Positions 1 to 13,246 of a stretch of 64,000 nt of DNA are shown piece by piece (the first letter of the stretch is position 1; every line of letters starts with the position of its first letter). Made by a program: the position numbers and the translations under genes. Origin of the DNA: Felis catus (Eukaryota); contig NC_058368.1 of NCBI RefSeq assembly GCF_018350175.1, positions 31,312,001-31,376,000 on the forward strand, written 5' to 3'. The notes beneath the pieces were generated by a model, which saw only the letters and a list, made by a program, of their open reading frames with translations, searched no databases and was not told the origin of the DNA.

Positions 1-102
1 AAGCAACAGAATCACTTGACTGAACTTAAACAAAAAGCAAAACTGTCCAGATCACAGATGTAAAAAGGCACCTCAGTAGATATAGCAAATTGTAACACTT
101 AC

Positions 103-490
103 CATTGTAGACCTAGAGCCCCTGAAAGGACTTTTTCAATTTCTTCCAGCAGAAGCAGCCAGAGCCAGAAACTGGTGCTGGAGGCTGAATGGGAACCAAC
201 CTTGAGAGTGAGAATCTCCCAGATGCAGTCAGGGTGGGAGTGGGGATGTTTCTGTGGGCTCCCCATCGGGTCCTCACGCTGAAGATGCCAGAAAGACACC
301 TTGTGGCACCAAACACCAGCAGCCCAGCACTGGGCCTTCAGAGACCCCGGCAGTCGCACCCTCCCTCCCTGTCTCAGCGCAGGTGGGGAGGGGGTCAAGC
401 AGGTGGAAGAGGCCTGGGGAAGCCTAACAGCCCAGCTTCCCGCAGGTCCCGGACGGGTGGCTGCCACCAGGCCACGGAGACTTGCGCTAC
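103..490 (-). other. Probable first exon / promoter region of an unidentified minus-strand gene that continues out of the left edge
   Basis: Minus strand reads ...GGTCTACAATG|GTAAGT (ATG 105-103, consensus donor 102-97, A at -3 of the ATG). The 260-490 stretch is GC-rich with about 10 CpGs, unlike the CpG-poor remainder. The upstream boundary is not defined. Confidence 0.5.
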
Positions 491-1089
491 TATCTGAATC
501 TTCCCTCTTTCTCTGTCTTCCCCCCACTGAAAGAAATTAGCCAGGCTTTTAAAATTAAACAAGAGTTTTAAGAGCATGTCTTAGTAAATAACAAGGAAGA
601 AGTTTGAACAATTGCATGTCTCTCCAATCCAATTTGAAGTGAATGGAGGATTATTTGAAATGGAAAAGATAGGACCAAGTCCCGAGTGAAAGGAACAAGA
701 AGGAAAAGAAGGAAAAGGAAAAGAGTAAGGCAAAATAACAGTGCTCCATTGGTAACTAGCTGTCAATTCTTTTTTTTTTTTTTTTAAGAACCTGAAAATG
801 TCCCTTTTGAGAGATATTTTACACTTTGGTTTCTGTCTTCTGGCATGGAGACTGGTATTTACCTTGAGGGCAAACAGCTTCTTTGATGTCCATGACTGCA
901 TTAATATATCTTTTTTTATGCAGAAGTAAGGCATTTTGTCTAAGCATGTGGCATACTGATTAGTAGATAGAAGGTGCTAAATAAACAATTTCTTGAATTA
1001 AAATGAAGAGTAAGCTTTTGGTTTATTTTAAGACTCCTTTGGGATTTTATTTGTGGTGGCTATATAAAGTAGTAATTGAAAAATGTAAA

Positions 1090-1135
<46 letters not shown>

Positions 1136-1148
1136 GTATGTATGTATA
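1090..1148. repeat. (TA)n / TATG microsatellite
   Basis: Directly visible dinucleotide run. Confidence 0.9.
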
Positions 1149-2029
1149 TTATCTACCTCAGAGTTGCCGGAAGGATAAACAAGCTAATGTTGCAGTCACT
1201 TAGTTCATCCTTGGCACACAGGAAGATCTCAAAGCGTTTATTACTTTTGTTGAGCTATTATCAGTAATGAACGCACATGGTACTTGTGTTTATATGTATG
1301 TGTTTTGGTTTCTACATGTATACATTCATATGTGTGCATATATTTTTAAATACTATCATATCGTGATTCATAGATATCTCTAAATTGACTTAAAATTATT
1401 CCTTCCTTCATTTTTGAAATTTAAATCATATATTTTTAAGACAGTGTACATTATTACTGCATAATGTGCTTTTCAGGGAATTTTTAAAGAGCTACCCTAA
1501 TCTTTTATAGCTTTCAATGTTTTAAAATCTGTCTTTAAAATGTGGGATTATCCCCTTGAGTCTATGAGAAAAAGCCCAGTTTCCAAAATTGAAAGAATGT
1601 ATGTCATTTCTATCTACAGCACTGGCACATGCGAATTTTACAGGACTGGGGAAGATTAACTAGGAACTCTGTACGATGTAAAGGCATCTCTGAGAAGCAG
1701 TTGGAGATGATACTTGACCTTTTGAGGCTTCTCAGGGGATTGAAGTTAAAGCAACTCCAGGTGGTCTTCAGAATCACTTGACATTTCCCATAAGTGATGG
1801 GCCAAACAAGAAAAAGCCAGAGAAAGTCAAGAGTTACAATAAAGTTCCATTTCACCAATTTATTGAATGTATTTATTTAAAGTATCTCTTTGGCTCCACA
1901 GTTACTATATCCAAAATGCCTGTCTATACTCATTGTAACAACCAATATGGTACTTGTATTTATCAAAGCTCATCCTCAGGTCTTTTCCTTTGTAATAGCC
2001 TCCCCCTCAGAACTCTCAGTCAATTTTAG

Positions 2030-2200
2030 AGTTTTGGCAACTGCATCTGTGTTGATTATTTAAATCTGTGTTGCCAGTCCCAATATTTTTCCTGAATTCA
2101 AGATCCATATTTTTCACAACTGCTCTATATCTCCATTTGGATAGCCTATCAGTACCCTAGACTCAGGTTCTCCATTTTCCAAGATAAATTAGCATCTACT
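2030..2200 (+). mobile_element. Degraded L2 fragment
   Basis: Resembles the L2 3' region (tcctgaattcaagatccatat...atctccatttggatagcc...ctcag); recognised from memory. Confidence 0.45.
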
Positions 2201-2786
2201 GTTTGATGTGCTCTGTACTCAATGCTGTAGATACAAAGATGGAAAAAAAAAAAAAACAATGGATCCACTTCCTGGGGGAGCTTGTGGTCTAAACCTCCAT
2301 CAACAAACCTCCCCCCTCCCCAGTAAAAGGCCAAATAAACCTAATTCACAATAGGAGCTAGAAAGGCTTTCCCAGTACACAGTGGCAGTAAACTGCTTCC
2401 CCTGCTTTGTGAAGATTTTGCACCATACACATACCCGTATTATACCAGCTAACACATTTCATCAGAGTTGTTTCTTTGTACCAAGGGTCAGCAAACTATG
2501 CACCACAGGTCAAATCTAGCAGTGGACTAGATCTTGGAGGGTGGATAGATTACAAGTTGTTAGAAAACCTGATTTTTACTTACTGGCAAAAAAGCTGGCT
2601 TCTCTAAATGTATTGTTCCTGATAAAGAATATCACCACCATCTGAGATTGCCAAACTGAAAACATTGGATTCTCTCTAACATTGCAAATTATTTAAATAG
2701 GTTACTTGCCATGGCATGTAGACAGGGGCTAGTCCAGGCTTTGTATATTTGTAATTTATGTGATATGTGGACTTTAAGAATTTCCT

Positions 2787-3004
2787 GGGGTGCCTGGGTG
2801 GCTCGTTGGTTGAACTTTTGATTTTGGCTCAGGTCATGATCTCACAGTTCATCGGTTTGAGCCCCGCATCAGGCTCTGTGCTGATAGCTCAGAGCCTGGA
2901 GCCTGCTTCGGATTCTGTGTTTCCCTCTCTCTCTGCCCCTCCCTGGCTTACATTCTGTCTCTCTCTCTCCCACTCAAAAATAAATAAAAACATTAAAAAA
3001 AAAA
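2787..3004 (+). mobile_element. CanSINE (feliform SINEC)
   Basis: GGGGTGCCTGGGTGGCTC head, CT-rich linker, A tail, TSD aagaatttcc. Confidence 0.95.
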
Positions 3005-3154
3005 GAATTTCCAGTTTCTGTGCATAATTCAGGTGAGGGTCTGTGACATATGACTTTATGGTAAATCCTATGTCCGCATGCTCCTTTCTATTTTCACTTC
3101 CTTCCTCTCTAGTTCAGACCATTATGCTTCATTTGCATGTCTGTTATTGCCTCC

Positions 3155-3585
3155 TATACTGATTTTCTGGGGCTGACATAACAAGTCACCACAAGTTGAG
3201 TGGCTTAAAACAGAATTTATTCTCTGTTAGTTAAGGAGGACGGAAGCTTGAAATCAAAGCGTCGGCAGGATTCGTTCCTTTTGGAGGCTCTGAGGGAGGA
3301 ACCATCCCATGCCCTTCTCCTACTTCTGCTGGTTGTAGGCAATCCTTCACATTCTTCAGTTTATAGATACATTGTTCCAACCTGCTCCATTTTCACATAA
3401 CCTTCTTCTCTGTGTCTCTCTGTGTCTTCTCTTCTATAAGGACTCTGGTCATAGCATTTAGGGCCTAGGATAAATCCCAGATGATTTCACTCTGAGATTG
3501 TTCACTGATACCATCATCTACATTTCCCATTCTGAGGTTCTGGGTACACATGATGTTCTTGTGAGACACCATTCAACCTAATACA
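3155..3585 (-). mobile_element. MaLR solo LTR (MLT1A-D-like)
   Basis: Typical MLT1 reverse-strand motifs (gtggcttaaaacagaatttattctc; ggaggctctgagggagga; accattcaacctaataca). Confidence 0.8.
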
Positions 3586-4373
3586 CATCTCAACTCATTT
3601 TCTACCTGGGTATTATTGTATCGCCAGAGTATCTTCATTATGTACAGTTCTGGACTTGTTATTTTGGTGCTCAAGAATATTCATAAAATTACAAAACCTC
3701 CTAAAAGATGGCATAAACACTGTTCCTTGCTACTCAGTAGTAGTACTCCATGCTTTCTTTCTGGGTGTTTTCTTCTATATCTCTAAACTCTAGATAAACT
3801 AGCTTACTTCTTTTCCCAAAACAAACACTATGCTTTCCTACCCCCGCCCCCTGTCTTTTGGTCATTCTTCCCTTTAACTACAGTGCAATTCCTACCAAAT
3901 AACTCCTGATGAAAAAGTATCTATTATTCTTTAAGCCCCCAAACATAGACAATTTAACTAACAAATTAATTTACTAATTATCCTCCACTCAGAAAATTTG
4001 TTGCCCCCTCAAATTCATATGGGATGTTATTTCTCCCTTCTTTGAATAATAACAGAACAATTCATTTCTTTTACATAGATTTTTATTGCTTATAGACCAC
4101 ATACGGATCTTAATATTATTGAGTTCTAAATATTATTGAGGTCATTTGCATACATGTAATTTGTATATGTGTAATTTTTCTTAGGTTAAGAGCTAGGTGA
4201 ACACAATGCCTGTGTTTTGGTCATTTTATAATCCCTGCAGTAGTTAGCCTAGGGTTTTAGGAACAATGTAACACCACCACACAGAAATTATTATGCTCTG
4301 AGGGATCATGCTGAACTGGTAACATATAGCTTTGAGATTATGGGCTTAATTGTTAGTGGAGATCTACCTTCTT

Positions 4374-4591
4374 TTTTTGTTAATTTTTTTAACGTTTATT
4401 CATTTTTGAGAGACAAAGAGACACAGAGCATGAGCAGGGGAGGAGCAGAGAAAGAGACACAAAATCCAAAGCAGGCTCCAGGCTCTGAACTGTCAGCACA
4501 GAGCCCAATGCAGGGCCTGAATTCACTGACCGCGAGATCATGACCTTAGCTGAAGTCAGACGCTTAACCGACTGAGCCACCCAGGCACCCC
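4374..4591 (-). mobile_element. CanSINE
   Basis: Reverse SINE ending ccaggcacccc; TSD tggagatctaccttctt / tggaggtctaccttctt. Confidence 0.95.
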
Positions 4592-7462
4592 TGGAGGTCT
4601 ACCTTCTTGACAATTTTGTCAAGAATGGCATTTTAAAAATCTTAGAATATTATAAAGACATATAAATTAATTACTGACAACACCCAATTCACATTATAGA
4701 GCTTGCTAAATGAGATTATGGTAGATCCTCAGAAGATTTTTCCTGAGGCTTTATCTCCCTATACTCACCATGCAGTGATGTGTCCTTTTTAAGGGAATAG
4801 AAATTGCTATGAAATTGTGGTTGTTGTTCCAATTAAAGTTATCACATCCTTTCTTATAGGATATAGGAACTAAAGAGAAATAAATAATGCATACAATTGC
4901 CTTGCTCAAATATTTATCTCTCTAATCTACTTACAGAGATGTGTCCTTTAGTAAGAGAATGAATTTTGCCAGAGTATTGTTAATAGAATGAGTCCATTGG
5001 TTGAAGTTGTGGGTAGAGTTACATGATGACCATAATTTGTCTCTGAGATACAAAACAAAAGTGGATAAGACACCCTTTCTATTTTGCGAGAGCAATAGCC
5101 AGATAGTCTCTGCCAATGCTTTGGTGCTCTCTCTGTAGTCGGCGCCTAATTATAAAGGAAGAATGGCCAGGTTGGGGTCTCAGGGTTTTCAATAAATGAA
5201 ATACTCTCTCATCACACATAGTGGTGAAAACAGTGGAGATTTTATTTAAATACATTCTGTCCATTGAAACTGAAAGAATATAAAAGGGCAAATATAATCC
5301 TTTTGACAGGTGTATGTCCCTTAGTATCCTGGCATATTGCTTTCATTATAATTAAAAGATTCAAAGTATAACTTTATCCAGAAAATAGTCACTCTAATTT
5401 TGTCCTAATAAACAAACACAAATAAACTGTTAACGTAAGCATGAAATAATGTATATAAGCGCAGTACATGTGTGTTGGAATGAATGTTTCACTCCTCAAT
5501 GACACAAGAAACATGTAGGTAAAATACAAGCATTTTGGACATGATGCCACTTGAAAGCTTTTTCTACAAGGTTTATGATGTACCGTGGAGCAATGAAGAG
5601 GCAAAGGCACTCTATTGTCTAGGGTTTGACAATAAAAGGTAAAGAAATTTCTCACATATATTGGATGTAGATCTTTAAAAAACATGGTATTTGCTTTGCT
5701 GTGGCAAATATGTTTGATGGATTTCAGGTATTATAGGAGAGGACCAACTACTGCCAACTACAGAGCTCATTCATCTACACTGTTTTCCTTACCAAAGGTC
5801 ATGATTTCTTTCCTTTTCCCCCAAATCTACAAGGCTTTGTGATATTGACCTGAATACTTCTATGAAGAACTGTAAGTTGAATCACACAAAATTGGTTGAA
5901 TAGAAGCAATTCCATGGGTCTTATCTCATTTGGGCTGTTGTCAGAGTAAAGAGCAATTTAATTGGAGAATAACAGGTGAGGAGGTTATCTAAAACAGTGC
6001 AAGGACAAAGGGACCCAACACCTCCAGCCACCAGGGCCATCTGAGAGGCATTTGTTTGTTCTTCCCTCACAGTGAGCCACGGAGGCCAAGGAGACTAGAA
6101 AAACAGGTTGATCTCTTTGGTGAGTGCCAGAGATGTACAACAAGAGAGAAAAGCAAGGGGTCTGTCATACATGTCATATTTTCTGATCTCACCAAGAATC
6201 TGTGAGCTTTAATGCACTATTCAATAGCCCCTAACCATATATGAGCCAGGCCCTAGAGCCTAAGGGAGCCAGGGTGTGGCTCTGCCCCACTCTTCCCCCC
6301 ATCCTTTCTGTGATTTATGGCCACTATATTGATAGGAAAATTGGGGTAAGAAGCACACCTGACACTCAGAATCTAGTATCAGTCCTGAGTAAGAAGGATG
6401 TGGTGCAGGTAGCAATGACACCAACCCTATAGTTACTCAGAAAGTGAAAACAAGTAGGTATTTCACTGGGAAACTAAGTACTATTCAGATGTATTATGCC
6501 CATTACTCTTAATTGCTCTCAAAAGCTATCAGCAAGACTAGGCCATGGAGAATATTTATACTAACTACAAAAAAAAAAATAGGGTTACATTTCTGCTGTG
6601 GGAGAAGAGACAGCTCTATATCTAATATGGATAGTTAGGATTCTAGACACAGATGTCCAGCCTGAGGTCCTAGACTATTAATTAGATCTGAGGTCCTGGA
6701 TAGGTAATGAGGCAGACTTAGCAGTCGTTCATTCATGATACTTTATTCTGAAATTTTTCAGTACACTTTGAGGTAAGTATGTCTAACTCTAAGTACTTTT
6801 CTTTTGTCTTCTCAGGTTCTATTGAACCTCTTCAGTTAGTCCCATGCCAGTCTCATTTAAGAGAACTTTTTAAAGAGACCCCTCATTTAAGAGAACCTAT
6901 TAATAATTAAAATTCTGAGTCTGTGATTCCTCCAAGATTCTCCATAGTGTTAGCAAGTGTGGGAAATATTCAGGATCTACTCACTCAACGTCTGTAAATG
7001 GCAGGCTTGGACTGGGAGACTCCTCATAGTTCCCATTTCACAGAATCTTCTATGTAATTGGGAAGTTGTAATAGCTGAGCTTTAAATGACCTTCTGGAAA
7101 GATATTATTTAATTAAACCCTGATTATGAAAAGAAGCCCAGTTATATTTGTATTCTCTTGATTTTCCCTAATTCATATCAGTGAGGGGATTATATATCAT
7201 TATTCCACTTTGGTTTTGGTGAGAAGGTAAATTTTCCTCAGGAAAGCTCAACATGAAAAGTTCCCACTAGAAGTTAATCTATGCTAGATACACACAACTC
7301 AATTAGCTCTCCTTGTGTCTCCCATTCCTCATTCTCAAGACTGCATTACAGCCAAGGATTATCACTATTTAACATTTCATAATTACCATGTCATAAGTGT
7401 CTTTCTAATCAAAGTGAAGAATTTCTGTTTGTTTACATCAACAGTAAAAACTTAGTCAAATA

Positions 7463-7688
7463 GGGGCGCCTGGGTGGCTCAGTCGGTTAAGCGGCCAACT
7501 TCAGCTCAGGTCATGATCTTGCGGTCCGTGAGTTCAAGCCCCGCGTCGGGCACTGTGCTGACAGCTCAGAGCCTGGAGCCTCTTTCAGATTCTGTGTCTC
7601 CCTCTCTCTGACCCTCCCCCGTTCATGCTCTGTCTTTCTCTGTCTCAAAAATAAATAAACATTAAAAAAAATTAAAAAAAAAAAAACA
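7463..7688 (+). mobile_element. CanSINE (CpG-rich, young)
   Basis: GGGGCGCCTGGGTGGCTCAGTCGGTTAAGCG head, long A tail, TSD agtcaaata. Confidence 0.95.
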
Positions 7689-8260
7689 ACAGTCAAATAA
7701 ACACCAAACCAAAGTTTGGCTGAAACCCACCAGTTACTTCCCTCTAGCAAGGAGGTACATGTATTGTTTCATGGACATAATGATGAAAACACTAATTTGA
7801 AAATAGCATCATATGCTAAATTTTAATGAAACTTTTGTTAGATTCTACTCACTGATACAGTTCTAATTTCTCAGAAGCTTTACAAATCAGGAAGATGTAA
7901 TAGGAGATATTTAATGACCCGCTTGAAATATATCTTTGAATTATACTCTGAAAATCTTTTCATATCATCACCAACAGTGTTTATTTTATTTACAACTAAT
8001 CCAATTACAATGACAGGTTCAGAAAGAAAATCATGATGATGAAGATAAGTCGGTCTCTGTCTTAGAGTCTTAGAGAATTTCTTGATGCTATCAATTAGAT
8101 TTTCTACTTCTAATCAAATTCTTCTTATCCATACTCAAGGCCTTGAAAAGGCTTAAGTAAACCTATTTCAGATAGGAGACATTGGGTCTATTATATTTTT
8201 CCTGGTTGACAGTTACACATATCCATTTTAAAAGGTACCTACTTATTTTAAAGCATATTG

Positions 8261-8990
8261 TGTTGGGGACATATAATTAAAAATAAAATCTTCTTCCAAC
8301 CCACAAAGTGTCTCCACAAGGGAGTAGAAAAAGAAAATACTTTTATTTATGAATAATTATCAAATCAGAATGTGATGTACAAAACAGACAGCCCATTAAG
8401 AGATCACAAAGATAGAAAGAATACTCATCCCCTCACATAGCCAAGCAGATATAATTCATTACATGTATGTTTTCAAGATAAACAGTAACTAGTCCTCAAA
8501 TAAGAGGATTTGACAGTATCATTTTTCACACAAGTAGATCCTAACTTTACCTGGTAATTGGGGTGACCACCTGTGTAGCTAGTTGACTAGTAGAGGTAAA
8601 AGAAACTTCTCATACCTTCATAGCAGGAAGTAGTTTTCCAACTTGGTGCAAGACACCCACTAAAATTAAACTCCCACCCTCCCACAGAAACTGGAAAATA
8701 GTCTTGCAATCTCCCTTGCTGTTTACATTTCAAAAAGCTTGATCCTAGGTCTTTGAGAATAGCATTGTTGGGTCATAAAGCTGACAAAAGTCCTGTCTAG
8801 ATTTCCAAAGGTCCTGTCTAGATTTCAAAGAAATGAGAAGTACTTACAATTACATGTTTTCTAACTTAAACTTTCTCAAACTTTCTAACTTAACTTTCTA
8901 AGAAAGTTGGGGGAGGTAGGAATAATCTCCTCTTTCATTTTCACAGGAAAGAATTAAGCCTTTTTAAATTTTTACTTGTCTGTACGTACA
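8261..8990 (-). mobile_element. ERV1-class solo LTR (MER34/MER39-like)
   Basis: ~730 bp bounded by TG...CA; motifs recalled from MER34/MER39-group LTRs; subfamily uncertain. Confidence 0.5.
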
Positions 8991-9272
8991 GTCATTTCCA
9001 TGGCATCCCATAATACGCAAACAGGAAAAGACACAGTTTTTATCAATTAATTGTAACTTAGTGTTTCCTTCAAAACTCCCCAGTTTTCCTTAAGTGCTAC
9101 CAGAGTATTCCACTGCAAAAATAAACACAAAATAAACAAAAAAGAAGGACTGAAAGGCAAATGGGGTAGCATGCTCCAGAAAAGACTTCTCCACAGTCTC
9201 ATAGGCCTGGACTTTTTCCAGTTCCATCACCGAGAGTACCCTTGTACAAATCATTCAAAAGCATAAGTGACA

Positions 9273-9922
9273 ATAGATGCTGGAGAGGATGTGGAGAAAC
9301 GGGAACCCTCTTGCACGTTTGGTGGGAATGCAAACAGGTGCAGCCGCTCTGGAAAACAGTGTGGAGGTTCCTCAAAAAATTAAAAATAGATCTACCCTCT
9401 GACCCAGCAATAGCACGGCTAGGAATTTACCCAAGGGATACAGGAGTGCTGATGCATAGGGGGCACTTGTACCGCAATGTTTATAGCAGCACTTTCAACA
9501 ATAGCCAAATTATGGAAAGAGCCTAAATGTCCATCAGCTGATGAATGGATAAAGAAATTGTGGTTTATATATACGATGGAATACTACTTGGCAATGAGAA
9601 AGAATGAAATATGGCCTTTTGTAGCAATGTGGATGGAACTGGAGAGTGTTATGCTAAGTGAAATAAGTCATACAGGGAAAGATAGATACCATATATTTCC
9701 ACTCTTATGTGGATCCTGAGATCCTTATGTGGAGGGGGAAGGGGGAAAAAAGTTAGAGAGGGTGGGAGGCAAACCATAAGAGACTCTTAAAAACTGAGAA
9801 TAAACTGAGGGTTGATGGGGGGTGGGAGGGAGGGGAGTGTGGGTGACGGACATTGAGGTGGGCACCTGTTGGGATGAGTACTGGGTGTTGTATGGAAACC
9901 AATTTCACAATAAATTTCATAA

Positions 9923-9953
<31 letters not shown>

Positions 9954-9955
9954 AT
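9273..9955 (+). mobile_element. 5'-truncated felid L1 (ORF2 C-terminus, 3' UTR, TAAA tail)
   Basis: Peptides [14 protein letters not shown]...WKEPKCPS...EISH match the ORF2 end of the full L1 at 47.7-48.2 kb; degenerate TSD aaaagcataagtgaca (9257-9272) / aaaagctataaatgaca (9970-9986). Confidence 0.95.
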
Positions 9956-11047
9956 GCTTTTTTTTTTTAAAAAGCTATAAATGACATCTTTGATAAGATT
10001 ATTTCTGCCATTTGTCTCTTTGGCTTGCCCATAAATAGATTGTGCCCCCCATATAAACATCCATGTTAGCCTTCCTCTAGTATCTAAAGATGTTGGTGTG
10101 ACCATCCTAACGTCTCAATAAATATCTCGGAAATGTTTTCCTTTTCAATTTTCTTGCAAGGTATGATATATATATATTTACTCTAAGAACACCAGGGGTT
10201 AGGCTTTCACAGTGGTACAGGCCCAAATCTCAGCACTTGGTTTTCATGTTTCTGACATATTTCTCTATTATCATTTGTGTATTTTCTTGTGGGTTATTGG
10301 GAAAAGAAAGCTCATGTTGCAACCAGGATACAGAAGAAGTAAAGAGGGAAAATTCAAAAGGTCAATGGAACATTGGGCAAGTATTTCCATCAGAAAAAAA
10401 ACAGACAATGGATCCTTTTAGCAAGGCCAGAGCTGTCAGTTTCTTGTGTAAAACATAAAGTAAAAGAATAATACTCTAGAGAAACAAATCTAATGGGAGA
10501 GAGGGAATAATAAGAACATGCCATTTGAAATGTTCCCTGAGGAAAAAATATAAATGCAAAGGTAAAAAAATTGATGTTCAAAGAGCCTTTTATAACTTTT
10601 ATTTAAAAAGGTAAAAGTGAGAAACAATATGTCCACTTCAAGCTTGCTTCTGACAACACTTGAATAATAAAACACTTACTGAGAAACTACTGAGCACCAG
10701 GACACCTTCCTATGGTGGTCTAATTCACCTTGAAAATGAGGTCAAGTTACCTTGACAACTAGGCCCAGTGTTCCTCCAAAAGAGGTTCAGAAAGCCCATT
10801 ATTGTTTCTCATACCTTAAAGGTTGTTTAATTGAATATTGGAAAGCACCTCAAAACTCAAGCAATTTTGCTAGTGCAATGAATAAAGTTATAACAGACGA
10901 CAGGTAGCTAATTGTATTTTCCATGGTTTTAGGAAAAAGTGGAAATATGTTAATAGATGTGTAAGGTTGCAATTCTTCAAACTGAAGTCTAAATTATTTA
11001 TTTACTGAAATACTTGAGTGTCTGTGCTCCAAATATATACATTCCAG

Positions 11048-11051
<4 letters not shown>

Positions 11052-11084
<33 letters not shown>

Positions 11085-11121
11085 TACATATATATGCATA
11101 TATGTATGTATATATATATAT
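11052..11121. repeat. (TA)n microsatellite
   Basis: Directly visible. Confidence 0.9.
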
Positions 11122-11229
11122 GTAAAAGTCTAAGCTGTAAAAATAGTATCCTTAAAAAATTTATGATTAGAGTTGAAATTATGCGAAAACTATACATTTG
11201 AAAAATGAATAATAAGAAACTGCATTGCC

Positions 11230-11400
11230 ATGCTGTTGTAAATACTTCAGCCTGCTTAGTCTGGCAAGACTATGTGCCAAAGACTTTGTAAACATTCCCT
11301 TATTTAATTTTTTATAACATTTCTGAAACAGAGGCATTATTTTATCTATTTTACAGAAGAAGGAAACGTGGTTCAGTGAGGTTTGTCACACTTAATAAAT
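11230..11400 (-). mobile_element. MIR fragment
   Basis: MIR core-like attttacagaagaaggaaacgtggttcagtgaggtt. Confidence 0.55.
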
Positions 11401-11599
11401 TCTCAGATAAGTTTAAATAATATGTGCTGAGTACCCTGCCTCCTCACCAGATTCTCCTTACAGCGTGTCCTCTTGAGAAGACATTTTTTCTTTTAGGTCC
11501 TCTGTCACTTCAGGTTGCGCCGTGCCTCCAGGGCTTTCTCAGGGGCCTCTCCTTCCAGCTGGACAACTCACCCAACCCCATGACTCCAGATGCCACCAT

Positions 11600-11910
11600 T
11601 ATTGATTCCTAGTCATTTTTCAGACCTGAAGCCAAGCATAATATCCCCAGGCAAGACTTCCCTAACTTGCAAGAGAGATTAGACCTCCCTTCCATCTTTC
11701 ATTGTATGCTATACTCTTCTTCAAACTATTTACCAAAATTTTCAATAACTCAATTAATATTTATTTATTTAATGTGTGACTATTCTGTGCTAGAATGTAA
11801 GTTCTATGAGGGCAGGGGCTCAATCTGTCTTGTTCACTGCTATATCCCCCTTATGTAGCACAGGACCTCGTACTGGCTGACAGAGTAAGTAGAGGAACAA
11901 ATAAATAGAT
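11600..11910 (+). mobile_element. L2 3' end
   Basis: ctagaatgtaagttctatgagggcagggg...tcttgttcactgctatatcccc. Confidence 0.7.
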
Positions 11911-12662
11911 AAATCTAAAATTCTATTGCAAAATTCAAAATTCTGACTTCAAAAATACCTTTAACCAATAAGCTGGGCTAACTGTGTGACTGACCTTCTA
12001 GAACAAAGCCACTTAGCTCATGTGGATCTAATGAGCACAAATCTAATTCTAGGATGAGTTCCAATTGCTTCTGGGAGATTAAAGCATTAGAAACAAAACT
12101 TTGATTTCAAAATATCATTATGTTAATGATCACCAATATAAATAATGCCTTAATTTTTGGTGAGACAAAAACTACATTGAATTAGTGAATGCATTGTTGT
12201 TAATACAAGAAGGTAAAAGGGTCTGCATTCAGCACAGTGACAAACACTTCCAGCAGGGTTTCAACCTCCCATTTGAAAAAAAAAAAACAAAAAAAAAACT
12301 TTAGATAACGAGAAAGGGTTATAATTCTTTATAATTATCTTTATTTTGTATAGTAAAACAAATGCCAACTGTCTTATCGGTGCTCGTTTGCCAGTGTTGG
12401 AACAAGGGAATATATACTGTTCTGAGCACAGAAAGATTACATGTGACTCTGACCATTCAGGCCAATGTGGTTGCTTGTGGTTCCCATGAAACTAGTCTGT
12501 AGACAGACATTTACTGGATGCTACATCACAATTTAGTATTTGTTTGTGTGAATTATTGCCACTGCCATGTATCTGAAGACTAACAAAGGAACTAAAACAA
12601 AAGAAAAACACAGAAGTCTACTTTTTATATATAATAAAGGCCAAATGTAAAGATTGATGTAA

Positions 12663-12760
12663 GGACACCTGGCTGGCTCAACTGGTAGAGGGTGTGACTC
12701 TTGATCTCGGAATCATGAGTTTGAGCCCCACGTTAGGCACAGAGATTATCTTAAAAAAAA
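12663..12760 (+). mobile_element. Short (CT-less) CanSINE
   Basis: tRNA-like head plus A tail, ~100 bp; TSD attgatgtaa. Confidence 0.8.
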
Positions 12761-13246
12761 TTGATGTAAAGTCCATGGAATAATTTCAGCTGTTTCTGGC
12801 AGCACAGGGAAGCTTATCTAAAACAAGGGTTTTATCAGTTTCAGTTTGGAGGGAAACTTCTCAAAATATCTAGAGTATCAATACTATCCACCTAAATGTT
12901 TTAAAAATGCTGAAATATTTAAATAATATTAAAATGTTTAAAATATTAATTGTTAATATTTAATGTTAAAAATATTAAAACATTTAAATATTAAAATGTT
13001 TACAATATTATTAATTTTTATTGCATACCAGTTATGATAATACTGACATATGGCAAATATGTGACAGAAAAGAGTTGTTTTACTTTGTGTGTAATGTATA
13101 TTTATAACATAGAACTGTAGCTTATGTGACGTCTGTGGCATTTTTTAGTGTAGCCTCAAAAATCTAAATTCACACTTCAGTGTACTTGCTCTCCATGATA
13201 CAGGACACTTAAGCTTTTTCTCCCTTAAGGTGAGCATGACTTTAAA

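Noticed and set aside
99..527. 142-aa minus-strand ORF and overlapping plus-strand ORFs as complete genes
   Set aside because: No recognisable protein similarity; long ORFs are expected in a GC-rich patch, and the stop lies inside a splice-donor motif.
7463..7540. tRNA-like A/B box sequences
   Set aside because: They are the tRNA-derived heads of SINEs, followed by CT tract and A tail; not tRNA genes.
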